Shown here: piece by piece, positions 19,295 through 30,974 of the stretch | Layout: the number at the start of each line of letters is the position of its first letter | Numbering within the stretch: position 1 is the stretch's first letter | Origin: Escherichia coli | GTDB taxonomy: Bacteria > Pseudomonadota > Gammaproteobacteria > Enterobacterales > Enterobacteriaceae | NCBI RefSeq assembly: GCF_003019035.1 | Contig: NZ_CP027447.1 | Length of the DNA: 64,000 nt | Reading direction: 5' to 3' (one strand) | The notes under the pieces: generated by a model | The model's database searches: none | Told to the model about the DNA's origin: nothing | What the model saw: only the letters and a program-made list of their open reading frames with translations | Translations under genes and position numbers: made by a program

Positions 19295-20638
19295 TTACGC
19301 TACCATGCTAATAATCAACACAATAATCAGCCCAACCACGGAGTTGACCAGCTCCAGCAGTCCCCAGGTTTTCAACGTGTCTTTTACCGACAGGTCAAAG
19401 TAACCTTTGAACAGCCAGAATGAGGCATCATTAATGTGGGTGAGGGTGTTGGAACCCGCAGCCGTCGCCAGTACCAGCAGCGCCGGATTCACGCCAACCA
19501 GCTGACCGGTTGCTGGATCAAGGATTGCAGCACTGATAATCCCGGCGGCGGTCATCGCCGAAACGACACCCTGACCCGTCGCCAGACGAATTAGCACAGT
19601 GATCAGCCATGCCATGATGTAGGGCGAGATATTGCCGTGGGACATCAACATGCCGATGGTGTCGCCAATGCCGGTGTCGATGATGGTCTGCTTCAGCACG
19701 CCACCCGCACCGATGATCAGAATCACCATTGCAATACTCTTCACCGCGCTTTCAAAAGCGTTCATCACCCACTGCATGTCATGACCACGCGCGGTGCCAA
19801 AGAGTACGAATGCAACCACCATCGCAATAAACATTGCAATCGGCGAGGAACCGATAAAGTTAACCACTTCCCAGGCAGGGGTATCTTTTACCAGCCAGAT
19901 ATTGGCGATGGTGGTGGAGATCATAATGATCGCTGGGATCAGCGGCACCAGAATCGAAACGCCGAAAGAGGGCAGATTATTCATATCTACCGGTTGATCT
20001 GCTTTCAGGAATGATGGCGTTGGGCGCTCAAGATTGCCGAGGAACTTCGGCAGGATCAGACCTGCGCAGATGACACTTGGGATCGTCACCAGTACGCCAT
20101 AGATATAAACCATCCCCATATCCGCGCCATAAGCATTCACCAGCGCCACCGGACCCGGCTGCGGTGGGAACAGTGAATGTGCGGTAGTGGCAGCTGCTAC
20201 TGCCGGGATCGCCAGTTTCAGGAACGGAATTTTAGCTTCGGCGGCAATAACAATAACCAGCGGCGCTAACATGATAAAGGCCACTTCATAAAACATCGCC
20301 AGACCGAAAATCAGGCCGATGATAATCACCGACAGCTGTACATAGCGCAGACCGAGACGCGCCAGCAGCGTATGTGCTATCTGGTGAGCCGCGCCGGAGT
20401 CGACCATCAATTTACCGATGACCGCACCGAACACCACGATGATAGCCAGTTCCCCCAGCGTGTTGCCGAAGCCCGCTTTCATGGTGTGCAGCAGCGACAT
20501 CAAATCCATGCCCGCCAGCATCCCGACGGACAGCGCCGCCACCAACAAAGCCACCATTGAATTGATTTTGAACTTCAAATTCAGTACCAGCATCAGACCA
20601 ATGCCGAATACCACCCAGAGAATGTTAAGCACATGCAT
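19295..20638 (-). CDS. gntP: Gluconate/fructuronate transporter GntP
   Basis: 447-aa polytopic membrane ORF; synteny fimH-gntP-uxuA. Confidence 0.85.
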
Positions 20639-20978
20639 AACGTTTTTACCTTACCTGGTTGAACCGTTGTTATTTTGGGCGACATGTTATGTAAATTGGT
20701 CAACCATTGTTGCGATGAATGTCACATCCTCTGATCAATAACCATCGATTACCCTTTGCTGCAATTTGCAGCAACAACCATGAGAGTGAAATTCTTGTGA
20801 TGTGGTTAACCAATTTTAGAATTCGGGTTGACATGTCTTACCAAAAGGTAGAACTTATACGCCATCTCATCCGATGCAACGCCACGGCTGCGGTCTGGTT
20901 GTTCATCCGGATACCTAAACAACTCCGGGGCTCCACGTCTCTTTGCTGTGGAACCCACTATGTGAAAGAGGAAAAATC

Positions 20979-22163
20979 ATGGAACAGACCTGGCGCTGGT
21001 ACGGCCCAAACGATCCGGTTTCTTTAGCTGATGTCCGTCAGGCGGGCGCAACTGGCGTGGTTACCGCGCTGCACCATATCCCGAACGGCGAAGTATGGTC
21101 CGTAGAAGAGATCCTCAAACGCAAGGCGATCGTTGAAGACGCAGGCCTGGTGTGGTCTGTCGTTGAAAGCGTACCAATTCACGAAGATATCAAAACCCAC
21201 ACTGGCAACTATGAGCAGTGGATCGCTAACTATCAGCAGACCCTGCGCAACCTGGCGCAGTGCGGCATTCGCACCGTGTGCTACAACTTCATGCCGGTGC
21301 TCGACTGGACCCGTACTGACCTCGAATACGTGCTGCCAGACGGCTCCAAAGCTCTGCGCTTCGACCAGATCGAATTCGCTGCATTCGAAATGCATATCCT
21401 GAAGCGTCCAGGCGCGGAAGCGGATTACACCGAAGAAGAAATTGCTCAGGCCGCTGAACGCTTCGCCACTATGAGCGACGAAGACAAAGCGCGTCTGACC
21501 CGTAACATCATTGCCGGTCTGCCAGGTGCGGAAGAAGGGTATACCCTCGACCAGTTCCGTAAGCACCTGGAGCTGTACAAAGATATCGACAAAGCCAAAC
21601 TGCGCGAAAACTTTGCTGTCTTCCTGAAAGCGATTATTCCAGTTGCTGAAGAAGTTGGCGTGCGTATGGCGGTTCACCCGGACGATCCGCCGCGCCCGAT
21701 CCTCGGCCTGCCGCGCATTGTTTCCACCATTGAAGATATGCAGTGGATGGTTGATACCGTAAACAGCATGGCGAATGGTTTCACCATGTGCACCGGTTCC
21801 TACGGCGTGCGTGCTGACAACGATCTGGTTGATATGATCAAGCAGTTCGGTCCGCGTATTTACTTCACCCATCTGCGCTCCACCATGCGTGAAGATAACC
21901 CGAAAACCTTCCACGAAGCGGCGCACCTGAACGGTGACGTTGATATGTACGAAGTGGTGAAAGCGATTGTTGAAGAAGAACACCGTCGTAAAGCGGAAGG
22001 CAAAGAAGACCTGATCCCGATGCGTCCGGACCACGGTCATCAGATGCTGGACGACCTGAAGAAGAAAACCAACCCAGGTTACTCCGCAATTGGTCGTCTG
22101 AAAGGCCTGGCCGAAGTTCGCGGTGTCGAACTGGCGATCCAGCGCGCTTTCTTTAGCCGTTAA
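20979..22163 (+). CDS. uxuA: Mannonate dehydratase UxuA
   Basis: ORF track 20943..22163, trimmed to [16 protein letters not shown]... (394 aa). Confidence 0.9.
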
Positions 22164-22243
22164 TATCCACCGGCATGGCTGCGCGCCGTGCCGGTTCCTT
22201 CTTCCTTGCCGTCACTCTCTGAAGACGGATTCTGGAGTTTACG

Positions 22244-23704
22244 ATGACTACTATTGTTGACAGCAATCTGCCGGTTGCCCGCCCGTCATGGGATCATTCT
22301 CGTCTGGAATCACGCATTGTGCATCTCGGTTGCGGGGCGTTTCACCGCGCGCACCAGGCGCTGTACACCCATCATCTGCTGGAAAGCACCGACAGCGACT
22401 GGGGTATCTGCGAAGTTAACCTGATGCCAGGCAACGACCGCGTGCTGATCGAAAACCTGAAAAAACAGCAACTGCTGTACACCGTGGCGGAAAAAGGCGC
22501 AGAAAGCACCGAGCTGAAAATTATCGGTTCGATGAAAGAAGCCCTGCACCCGGAAATCGACGGTTGTGAAGATATTCTCAACGCGATGGCGCGTCCGCAG
22601 ACGGCGATTGTCTCCCTGACGGTCACAGAGAAAGGTTATTGCGCCGATGCGGCAAGCGGTCAGCTGGATCTCAATAATCCGCTGATTAAGCACGATCTGG
22701 AAAACCCGACTGCGCCGAAGTCCGCGATTGGTTACATCGTAGAAGCCCTGCGTCTGCGTCGTGAAAAAGGGCTGAAAGCGTTTACGGTGATGTCCTGCGA
22801 CAACGTGCGTGAAAACGGTCATGTGGCGAAGGTCGCGGTTCTGGGGCTGGCTCAGGCGCGTGATCCACAGCTGGCGGCATGGATTGAAGAAAACGTCACC
22901 TTCCCGTGCACCATGGTTGACCGCATCGTTCCGGCGGCGACGCCAGAAACCTTACAGGAAATTGCTGACCAGCTGGGTGTTTACGACCCGTGCGCCATTG
23001 CCTGCGAACCGTTCCGTCAGTGGGTGATTGAAGATAACTTCGTTAATGGTCGCCCGGACTGGGATAAAGTCGGCGCGCAGTTTGTTGCGGATGTTGTACC
23101 GTTCGAAATGATGAAGCTGCGTATGCTGAACGGTAGCCACTCTTTCCTGGCGTACCTCGGTTACCTCGGCGGCTATGAAACTATTGCCGACACCATGACT
23201 AACCCGGATTATCGCAAAGCGGCCTTTGCCCTGATGATGCAGGAACAAGCGCCAACGCTGTCGATGCCGGAAGGTACGGACCTGAACGCCTATGCGACGC
23301 TGCTGATCGAGCGTTTCAGCAACCCGTCTCTGCGTCACCGTACCTGGCAGATTGCAATGGACGGCAGCCAGAAGTTACCGCAGCGTCTGCTGGATCCGGT
23401 GCGTCTGCACCTGCAAAACGGCGGCAGCTGGCGTCACCTGGCGCTGGGCGTGGCTGGCTGGATGCGTTACACCCAGGGCGTGGATGAGCAGGGTAATGCC
23501 ATTGACGTGGTCGACCCGATGCTGGCGGAGTTCCAGAAGATCAACGCGCAGTATCAGGGCGTAGACCGCGTGAAAGCGCTGCTGGGCCTGAGCGGTATTT
23601 TTGCCGATGATCTGCCGCAGAATGCCGACTTTGTTGGCGCGGTGACGGCGGCATATCAGCAGCTGTGCGAACGCGGTGCGCGCGAGTGTGTGGCTGCGCT
23701 GTAA
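22244..23704 (+). CDS. uxuB: D-mannonate oxidoreductase UxuB
   Basis: 486-aa ORF; synteny. Confidence 0.9.
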   Translation: MTTIVDSNLPVARPSWDHSRLESRIVHLGCGAFHRAHQALYTHHLLESTDSDWGICEVNLMPGNDRVLIENLKKQQLLYTVAEKGAESTELKIIGSMKEALHPEIDGCEDILNAMARPQTAIVSLTVTEKGYCADAASGQLDLNNPLIKHDLENPTAPKSAIGYIVEALRLRREKGLKAFTVMSCDNVRENGHVAKVAVLGLAQARDPQLAAWIEENVTFPCTMVDRIVPAATPETLQEIADQLGVYDPCAIACEPFRQWVIEDNFVNGRPDWDKVGAQFVADVVPFEMMKLRMLNGSHSFLAYLGYLGGYETIADTMTNPDYRKAAFALMMQEQAPTLSMPEGTDLNAYATLLIERFSNPSLRHRTWQIAMDGSQKLPQRLLDPVRLHLQNGGSWRHLALGVAGWMRYTQGVDEQGNAIDVVDPMLAEFQKINAQYQGVDRVKALLGLSGIFADDLPQNADFVGAVTAAYQQLCERGARECVAAL

Positions 23705-23934
23705 CTAACTGATTACCCTACAGACTTACTGGTCAATCAAACGCATATTTGGTTGACCAGTTTTCGTTTTTTTGCCCACCTGTACGTGCCAACTTCCAGT
23801 GCTAATGGTATAGTTTGAAAATAAATAACCGCATCTAACCAGATTGCTGACAAACCTGTTTATGAGCGATTCAGTCACTGTTTTTCTCCCCAGTCCAGGA
23901 AGGCAATAGGGCGGGGTAATGGCTACAGTCATTT

Positions 23935-23975
23935 CCCCTCACCCTAACCCTCTCCCCAAAGGGGCGAGGGGACTG
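23935..23975. repeat. Second copy of the CCCTCACCCTAACCCTCTCCCC..GGGGCGAGGGGACTG palindromic repeat
   Basis: Near-identical to 19189..19230. It lies inside the spurious N-terminal extension of the uxuR ORF in the track. Confidence 0.5.
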
Positions 23976-24026
23976 AACGTGCCCTTTACAGGATTTGTTA
24001 CCAGTCTCATCAAATGGATATTACTT

Positions 24027-24800
24027 ATGAAATCTGTCACCTCTGCGCAAAGACCTTACCAGGAAGTCGGGGCGATGATCCGCGATCTGATCATAAAGAC
24101 GCCGTACAATCCTGGCGAACGGCTGCCGCCGGAGCGTGAAATTGCAGAAATGCTTGATGTCACGCGGACGGTGGTACGTGAAGCGCTGATCATGCTGGAG
24201 ATCAAAGGGCTGGTGGAAGTGCGCCGGGGTGCCGGTATTTATGTTCTTGATAGCTCAGACAGCCAGAACACAGACAGTCCGGATGCCAACGTCTGTAATG
24301 ATGCCGGTCCTTTTGAGCTGTTACAGGCGCGTCAGTTACTGGAAAGTAACATCGCCGAGTTTGCCGCCCTGCAGGCTACCCGCGAAGATATCGTCAAAAT
24401 GCGTCAGGCATTGCAACTGGAAGAGCGTGAACTGGCTTCCAGCGCGCCGGGCAGCAGCGAAAGCGGTGATATGCAGTTCCATCTCGCCATTGCCGAAGCA
24501 ACGCATAACAGCATGCTGGTGGAGTTATTCCGTCAGTCCTGGCAGTGGCGGGAAAACAATCCAATGTGGATCCAATTGCACAGCCATCTGGATGACAGCC
24601 TGTATCGCAAAGAGTGGTTGGGCGATCACAAACAGATCCTCGCCGCGTTAATCAAAAAAGATGCCCGAGCGGCGAAGCTGGCAATGTGGCAGCATCTGGA
24701 AAACGTTAAGCAACGTCTGCTGGAATTCTCGAACGTTGACGATATTTATTTTGACGGCTATCTGTTTGATTCATGGCCGCTGGATAAAGTCGACGCCTGA
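24027..24800 (+). CDS. uxuR: GntR-family repressor UxuR
   Basis: ORF track 23919..24800, trimmed to MKSVTSAQRPYQEVGAMIRDLIIK... (257 aa). Confidence 0.85.
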   Translation: MKSVTSAQRPYQEVGAMIRDLIIKTPYNPGERLPPEREIAEMLDVTRTVVREALIMLEIKGLVEVRRGAGIYVLDSSDSQNTDSPDANVCNDAGPFELLQARQLLESNIAEFAALQATREDIVKMRQALQLEERELASSAPGSSESGDMQFHLAIAEATHNSMLVELFRQSWQWRENNPMWIQLHSHLDDSLYRKEWLGDHKQILAALIKKDARAAKLAMWQHLENVKQRLLEFSNVDDIYFDGYLFDSWPLDKVDA

Positions 24801-24813
24801 CTTATTATGATAA

Positions 24814-24845
24814 GCGCAAGGGTAAACGTTCCTTGCGCTTTCTTA
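24814..24845 (+). terminator. Putative intrinsic terminator after uxuR
   Basis: Hairpin agcgcaagg-gtaaacgtt-ccttgcgct followed by ttctt. Confidence 0.45.
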
Positions 24846-24940
24846 AATTAAGAAGTCGCAATGAGTATTACTTTGTAAATTGCAGGGTATTGTTTAACTA
24901 TCTGTATAACCTGAATGTTAGTACTCATTCTTCTCAGTAG

Positions 24941-25771
24941 TCATTTACCAATATAATTCCATTCACCATTTTTTAATTCAAACAGTTCTGGAAGAGATGA
25001 CGGTTGCAGAGTCATGCGTTTGAGTGGCGCATCTTCATCACCGGGGATAACTTTATATCCCATTTTTGCATGGATCTCCGCGGTACCGGGATAGGCTTCT
25101 ATACCAATTATTGGGTCATTTCCCATCTCAATATTAGCATTAAGTAATGCGGCAACGGCGAATCCGGAAGAATTTGCTACCCCTGTTACCGTCATTATCT
25201 GATCAATATAGATATCAATCCTTGGCTGTTCATTGGTCCATCTTTTTGCCTGAGAAGCTGGAAGGGTTGAAATATATCCTATCGTGGTTCCGGCATAACC
25301 AGGAACATTGCAGCCAGGGCCTAATGTTATTTCATGCACAGTATAGTCCTCTACAGGATCGGAGGGGCTCTTCATAAATAAATTTAGTTGTAATCCTTCC
25401 GCTAACTCTGTGGCAGCATGCGCCTTTTTACATATACCACCATATATTTCGTCTAAAGCTGAGGTGATTTTCAAGTTTCGATAGAGCATACGTCCTGTTG
25501 TTGTAATACCATTGAATTCTCTGCATGTTTCTGTCACATAATTAAATGGCCAGGACTGTTTGCTAATATTAAGTTTTCTAATTTCGACAACACTTTTTCC
25601 ATCGTAATTATGGTTATTGCCACGAGCAAGAGGCAGAAGATAGATATTTTCCGTATCCATGCGTGCATATTCATATTCACGTGTTAACTTATTGTCGACT
25701 CTTGGGTGATGAAGGAAGTGATTATTTGTATTGAATTGGTTAATAGCGGCATTGCTTAATGGCATAGACAT
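24941..25771 (-). CDS. yjiC: Uncharacterised protein YjiC
   Basis: 276-aa ORF in the K-12 yjiC position between uxuR and iraD; identity is from synteny and length only. Confidence 0.6.
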   Translation of the reverse strand: MSMPLSNAAINQFNTNNHFLHHPRVDNKLTREYEYARMDTENIYLLPLARGNNHNYDGKSVVEIRKLNISKQSWPFNYVTETCREFNGITTTGRMLYRNLKITSALDEIYGGICKKAHAATELAEGLQLNLFMKSPSDPVEDYTVHEITLGPGCNVPGYAGTTIGYISTLPASQAKRWTNEQPRIDIYIDQIMTVTGVANSSGFAVAALLNANIEMGNDPIIGIEAYPGTAEIHAKMGYKVIPGDEDAPLKRMTLQPSSLPELFELKNGEWNYIGK

Positions 25772-26433
25772 AATAGTTACCTTTTATGAGTATTTCACTG
25801 ATGTTTAGAAAAATAGATAAATTTTTCTGTAGTAAAAAAGAAGTAAAAAAATGACATGCATGTTTCTGTTGTAGTGATATCAACTCTACACGGTGATATT
25901 AAAGGGTAGGAAACACTCTAAAGTATCAAAAAACGCTCATTTGAAATTATTTTCATGCAATTAAAAAGCATATCTTATTACTAATTGGAATTTGATGTTG
26001 CTATATTTATGTCTATATTAATAATGCCTATGAATGGTATTTTTGATGTATTTGATATGTTATCAATTTATATTATTTACAAACTAATTGTTTCAAGTAA
26101 TACATGGCTGATTATGCGGAAATAAATAATTTCCCACCGGAATTAAGTAGCGGCGGTGACAAGTATTTTCATCTACATAACTATTCGGAATATTCAGAAT
26201 ATACTAGCAGTTTTTTTTTGAGTTTGATGATTTTTATCAAATCATGACTTTTTTCCTGAAAAGTCAGTAGATATTCATAGGCAAGTAAGGTTTTATACTT
26301 TGCTGACAGGATTCAGGCCTGTCTCAGACTGACATGGATGTAATGAACAAAAGGGAATGGCTATGGAAAATGAGCATCAATACAGTGGTGCCCGGTGTTC
26401 AGGGCAAGCCGCATATGTTGCTAAACGTCAGGA

Positions 26434-26826
26434 GTGCGCAAAATGATGCGCCAATCACTTCAGGCTGTTTTACCTGAAATTTCAGGCAATAAAACGTCAT
26501 CGCTGCGTAAATCGGTATGCAGCGATCTCCTCACACTTTTTAATTCTCCTCATTCGGCATTACCGTCATTACTTGTTTCAGGCATGCCCGAGTGGCAAGT
26601 GCATAACCAGAGCGACAAACATCTTCAGAGCTGGTATTGCCGTCAGCTGCGTTCTGCACTGTTATTTCATGAGCCACGGATTGCGGCGTTGCAGGTCAAT
26701 TTGAAAGAAGCGTACTGCCACACGCTGGCGATCAGCCTTGAGATAATGCTGTACCACGACGATGAACCGCTAACGTTTGATCTGGTCTGGCAGAAGGGGA
26801 GTTGGCATCGCACGATGCCGCAGTAA
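26434..26826 (+). CDS. iraD: Anti-adaptor protein IraD (YjiD)
   Basis: 130-aa ORF; synteny and remembered sequence. Confidence 0.75.
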   Translation: MRKMMRQSLQAVLPEISGNKTSSLRKSVCSDLLTLFNSPHSALPSLLVSGMPEWQVHNQSDKHLQSWYCRQLRSALLFHEPRIAALQVNLKEAYCHTLAISLEIMLYHDDEPLTFDLVWQKGSWHRTMPQ

Positions 26827-26873
26827 ATGACGGGAAACGCGATACGCGCAAGACGTATCGCGTTAGGTCACAA

Positions 26874-29255
26874 TTAGTGGGAGGTTCTGATTGCTGCTTT
26901 CAAGGCCGGAAGCCGGGACGGACTGGCACTGAGCTTATCAATCCCCATGGTGAGCAGTCGTGCTGTTTGCTGGGTATCTCCAGCCATTTCGCCGCACATA
27001 CTGACCGGAATTTCATTATTACGTCCGGCCTGACACACCATAGCAATAGCGTTAATCACCGCGTCATTACGATAATCGACCAGTTCCGCGACGGTGCTAT
27101 TTCCTCTGTCTGCCGCCATAATATATTGCGTCAGATCGTTGGTGCCGATGGAAAAGAAATCGACTTCACTGGCTAATTTTTCTGCAATCATGACTGCAGC
27201 AGGAACCTCAATCATAATTCCCAGCGCCGGAAGATTTTCTGCAGTAAGTCCCAGCAGTTTTGCCTGCGTTTGTATCAGCGTTTTGACGGCGTTGACCTCC
27301 TCGAGCGTTGAAACCATCGGCAGCATAATTTGCAGCGTTGGGTATTCTTTCCCGGCCCGGAGAAGTGCGCGTAATTGCGGAATAAATATTTGCGGATGCG
27401 CCAGGCACAACCGGATACCGCGAAGTCCCAGGAACGGGTTGTCCTCTGCGGGTAAAGGGTACGAAGGTAATGGCTTGTCACCGCCAATATCCAGAGTGCG
27501 GATGGTGACTGGTTTATCGCCAAAAGCCTGAGCAACAGAACAATACACGCGAAACTGCTCTTCTTCATCGGGTAATGTTGCAGACTCATGGAATAAAAAC
27601 TCTGTGCGCAGTAAACCCACGCCCTCAGCCCCGTGAGATAGCGCAGCCTCAATATCTTGCAGGTCACCAATATTCGCCAGCACGCTGATTTTTCGCCCAC
27701 CTTGCGTGACAGCGGGCAGCATGGCATCAGCTAACTGACGATCCCTTTGTTGCCGCCATGCTTCGGCGCGTTGCAGTAAATCCAGGCGGGTGACCTCATC
27801 CGGCTGTAGCCACAAACGGCCTGTTTCACCATCAAGAATGACTGTGTCGTTATCGCGGACGTTTTGCGGGGTAATAGCTGCCTTCACAATGGCAGGAATA
27901 CCCATTGCTCTGGCAAGGATCGCTGTATGTGAAGTTGTTCCGCCATTATGAAGACAAATGCCAAGAATGTGTGCTTTATTCAGGCTGGTTATCTGTGATG
28001 GCAACAGATCGTTGGCTAACAAAATGCAGGGCGCGGTAGTAATAAAGTGTTGTTCACTTACCCCGCAAAGCTGGTTCAGTACCTGACGTGTAAGGTCACG
28101 GATATCTGCCTCGCGTTCACGTAAATACAGTGTTTCCGCCTGACAATATTGCTCTGCTAATGCCTGCATGACTTCTAACCATGCGAATTCCGCCTGTTTG
28201 CCCTTTGCCAGACGTTGCTGTAATTGCCGGTTAATCTTTGGATCTTCAAGCATCATTTTATGGGCGGCAAAAATATCGCCTTCAGGGCCTGCCGCTTTAT
28301 CGGCAAGTTCACAAACAACAATGTCGATAGCAGACTCGATTCGCGACAGCTCTTCTTGCGGAGAATCGACGGTGCGCTGCGTAATTTCTGGTCGTTCGCA
28401 GGTAAACCATTTAACAGGACCAATAGCGATACCATTTTGTACTGACAAGCCTGATATTGCGCCATCAACAGGGGCGCTGACCACCGGCGTTTCCGTTAGC
28501 GGAATCTCTGAAGAAGCGAGCAGGTGAGCTTCACCAAAATGATTTTTCGCCAACGTTTCAATTGCCTTGAGAGCGTCACTGGCATCGGTGCCTTCGGCCT
28601 GGAAGATGATTTCATCGCCACAGCGGACGCCCAGCATTGCCAGTTCGTTGAGACTGCGGGTGCTGGCGCGTTTATCGCCTTTGATGACGATAATGTTTGC
28701 CGAAAATTGTGCGGATACTTTCAGGATGCTGGCTGCCGGACGAGCATGAATGCCGTGGGGATTACGTATCGTCCAGCAAAAAGTTTGCCATTCATCGCAA
28801 TGATTGATTGGTGATATTGCTGGAATAACCTCGCCTGCAGTTGAGGATGGCGTGAGTTGCTGCTGTTTAGCACACAGCGCAAGATCCACTTCAGCGATAA
28901 TCTCCGTCACCGAAAGCCCCGCTGCGGCAGACGTTACCGCTGACATGGCACCTTCCACTACAGGGGCGGCGAGCAGATAAATTGCACTTCTTTGCTCTTC
29001 AGAAAGCAGCTCCAGCGCCATCTCGGTACTAAGCAGCGCACTGCCCATATCCATGAGTACCAGAACGCCATCCGGTGACCAGACCGATTCAATCGCAGAC
29101 ATAATGGCAATAGCATCAGTGCCAATCGGATTTTGCGGATCATCAATACCTGCAGCAATGGCCAGAGGAACGTCCCCTCCAGACATCTGTAGTGCTAATT
29201 CCTCAACCCCCTGGGCGAGACGTAGACTATGAGAAACAATAACAATGGCAACCAT
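26874..29255 (-). CDS. DhaM-like PTS multiphosphoryl transfer protein (EIIA-Man-like, HPr-like and full Enzyme I domains)
   Basis: N-terminus MVAIVIVSHSLRLAQGVEEL...IAAGIDDPQNPIGTDA closely resembles DhaM. HPr-like HGIHARPAA. EI-like GGTTSHTAILARAMGIPAIV and PEP-utilising C-terminal region. 793 aa. Confidence 0.75.
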   Translation of the reverse strand: MVAIVIVSHSLRLAQGVEELALQMSGGDVPLAIAAGIDDPQNPIGTDAIAIMSAIESVWSPDGVLVLMDMGSALLSTEMALELLSEEQRSAIYLLAAPVVEGAMSAVTSAAAGLSVTEIIAEVDLALCAKQQQLTPSSTAGEVIPAISPINHCDEWQTFCWTIRNPHGIHARPAASILKVSAQFSANIIVIKGDKRASTRSLNELAMLGVRCGDEIIFQAEGTDASDALKAIETLAKNHFGEAHLLASSEIPLTETPVVSAPVDGAISGLSVQNGIAIGPVKWFTCERPEITQRTVDSPQEELSRIESAIDIVVCELADKAAGPEGDIFAAHKMMLEDPKINRQLQQRLAKGKQAEFAWLEVMQALAEQYCQAETLYLREREADIRDLTRQVLNQLCGVSEQHFITTAPCILLANDLLPSQITSLNKAHILGICLHNGGTTSHTAILARAMGIPAIVKAAITPQNVRDNDTVILDGETGRLWLQPDEVTRLDLLQRAEAWRQQRDRQLADAMLPAVTQGGRKISVLANIGDLQDIEAALSHGAEGVGLLRTEFLFHESATLPDEEEQFRVYCSVAQAFGDKPVTIRTLDIGGDKPLPSYPLPAEDNPFLGLRGIRLCLAHPQIFIPQLRALLRAGKEYPTLQIMLPMVSTLEEVNAVKTLIQTQAKLLGLTAENLPALGIMIEVPAAVMIAEKLASEVDFFSIGTNDLTQYIMAADRGNSTVAELVDYRNDAVINAIAMVCQAGRNNEIPVSMCGEMAGDTQQTARLLTMGIDKLSASPSRLPALKAAIRTSH

Positions 29256-29258
29256 AAT

Positions 29259-29891
29259 TTATCCCGCGAATCCTTCCTGCATAGCCTTAATCATCAGCCA
29301 GGAGGAGGTCGCGCCTGGATCCTGATGGCCCACACTGCGAGCGCCGAGATAACTGGCACGTCCTTTTTTCGCCTGCATATTGATGGTGTTATCGACGGCT
29401 GTTGCCGCATCTTGCACCATCGTATTCAGCAGAAGGGAAGGCGACATTCCGGCTTGCAGGTTCTTTTTGGCTTCGTGGAGAACTGGAACCCAGACATCAC
29501 ACAGAGTTTTATCCCTTTGTTCTGCTTTTCCTCGTGCGATAACGCCTGCAATCCCTTCTTCCAGACACGCCAGCCACTCTTCCAGAGTTAATTCTGTTCT
29601 GGCTCCCACTGCCGCAGAAGCGCGAATAAATAATGTGCCGTAAAGAGGACCACTGGCACCGCCAACGCTGGAAAGTAGTTTCATGCCAGTATTTTTAAGA
29701 ATATTGCCAATATGCTGACGTTCAATGTCGGGCAACGTCGCTTTCACTGCACTGAAACCACGATTCATATTGAGGCCGTGGTCGGCATCACCAATATCTC
29801 TGTCAAGTGCGGTTAGAAAATCTTGTTGTTCAGTGAGATGTGCAGCACAACTCTCCAGCCAGGCAATAACATGTTTGTTTTGAATTTTCAT
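29259..29891 (-). CDS. Dihydroxyacetone kinase ADP-binding subunit DhaL-like
   Basis: 210-aa ORF with ...DRDIGDADHGLNMNRGF... DhaL signature; sits between the DhaK-like and DhaM-like genes. Confidence 0.8.
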   Translation of the reverse strand: MKIQNKHVIAWLESCAAHLTEQQDFLTALDRDIGDADHGLNMNRGFSAVKATLPDIERQHIGNILKNTGMKLLSSVGGASGPLYGTLFIRASAAVGARTELTLEEWLACLEEGIAGVIARGKAEQRDKTLCDVWVPVLHEAKKNLQAGMSPSLLLNTMVQDAATAVDNTINMQAKKGRASYLGARSVGHQDPGATSSWLMIKAMQEGFAG

Positions 29892-29903
29892 ATAATGTCC
29901 TTA

Positions 29904-30974
29904 TTAACATCCCCAACGAAGCGCTGGCGTATTGACCGGGGCATCCCAAAGTTGCAAAAACTCTGGGGTACATTTCAGCAGGCTGATGGAAAATCCGGCC
30001 ATATCTAATGATGTACAATAATTACCGACCAACTGGCGGCTAATTTTAATTCCCTGGCGCTGTGCGGCGCACATAAATACCCTGGCTACACCATATAACT
30101 CTGATTCAGGCGTGCTGCCAAGTCCGTTAATTAACACAATATATTCGGCATTTTGATCGAATGACTCATTCATTGATGATGCGTCAATCCATCCCCCCGC
30201 ATGGCGATCCCAATGGCGTAATGTGCGTCGCCAGGGGGTATTATCCAGTAATTGCGCTATCACGCTGTCGATTAAAGTGTTCAGATCTTGCAAAGTGCGG
30301 CGTTCAATGCCGGGTTCACCGTGGATCCCGACACCAAATTCGATTTCATTATCAGCCAGTTCAAATGAGGGTTTTCCCGCGGCGGGAACCGTACAGGCTG
30401 ACAGTGCGATGCCAAAAGAACGGGTGGCATTGTTAACATTTTTGCCAAGTTGCTCGCACTGCCCCAGGTTATATCCCTGAAGTGCAGCCGCACCGACAAT
30501 CTTTTCAACAAAAACTGTACCCGCAACACCGCGACGTCCGGCTGTATACAGGCTATCTTTTACCGCTACATCATCATCAATAATGACGGTCCCAACGGCG
30601 ATGCCTTCTTCGTGTAACATCTCGACTGCCGTTTCGAAATTCAGAATATCGCCTGTGTAATTTTTGATGAAAAACAGAACGCCAGAACCATTATCAACCG
30701 CTTTGGCACATTCGATCATTTGATCTGGCGTGGGCGATGTGAAGATTTCACCAGGACATGCACCGGTTAACATTCCCATACCGACAAAACCTGCATGCAG
30801 TGGTTCATGGCCTGAGCCGCCGCCTGAAATCAGCGCCACTGCATTATCGGTTTGTTTGCACCACACATATCGGGGCGCGTAATTTGCCTGCAGGTGTGGC
30901 CAGGTGGCGATGAGTCCTTCCATTTGTTCTGTGACAACAGAATCAATCTGGTTAATTAATTTCTTCATAGTCAT
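29904..30974 (-). CDS. Dihydroxyacetone kinase substrate-binding subunit DhaK-like
   Basis: 356-aa ORF with ...ISGGGSGHEPLHAGFVGMGMLTGACPGEIFTSP... DhaK signature. Confidence 0.8.
   Translation of the reverse strand: MTMKKLINQIDSVVTEQMEGLIATWPHLQANYAPRYVWCKQTDNAVALISGGGSGHEPLHAGFVGMGMLTGACPGEIFTSPTPDQMIECAKAVDNGSGVLFFIKNYTGDILNFETAVEMLHEEGIAVGTVIIDDDVAVKDSLYTAGRRGVAGTVFVEKIVGAAALQGYNLGQCEQLGKNVNNATRSFGIALSACTVPAAGKPSFELADNEIEFGVGIHGEPGIERRTLQDLNTLIDSVIAQLLDNTPWRRTLRHWDRHAGGWIDASSMNESFDQNAEYIVLINGLGSTPESELYGVARVFMCAAQRQGIKISRQLVGNYCTSLDMAGFSISLLKCTPEFLQLWDAPVNTPALRWGC

Noticed and set aside
21024-22040. 338-aa minus-strand ORF antisense to uxuA
   Set aside because: It lies entirely within the well-supported uxuA coding region on the opposite strand. 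Long antisense ORFs are common in GC-balanced genes; there is no independent start or RBS support.
23919-24026. N-terminal extension of the uxuR ORF
   Set aside because: The extension is translated from the palindromic intergenic repeat (23935..23975). The true start is the downstream MKSVTSAQ...
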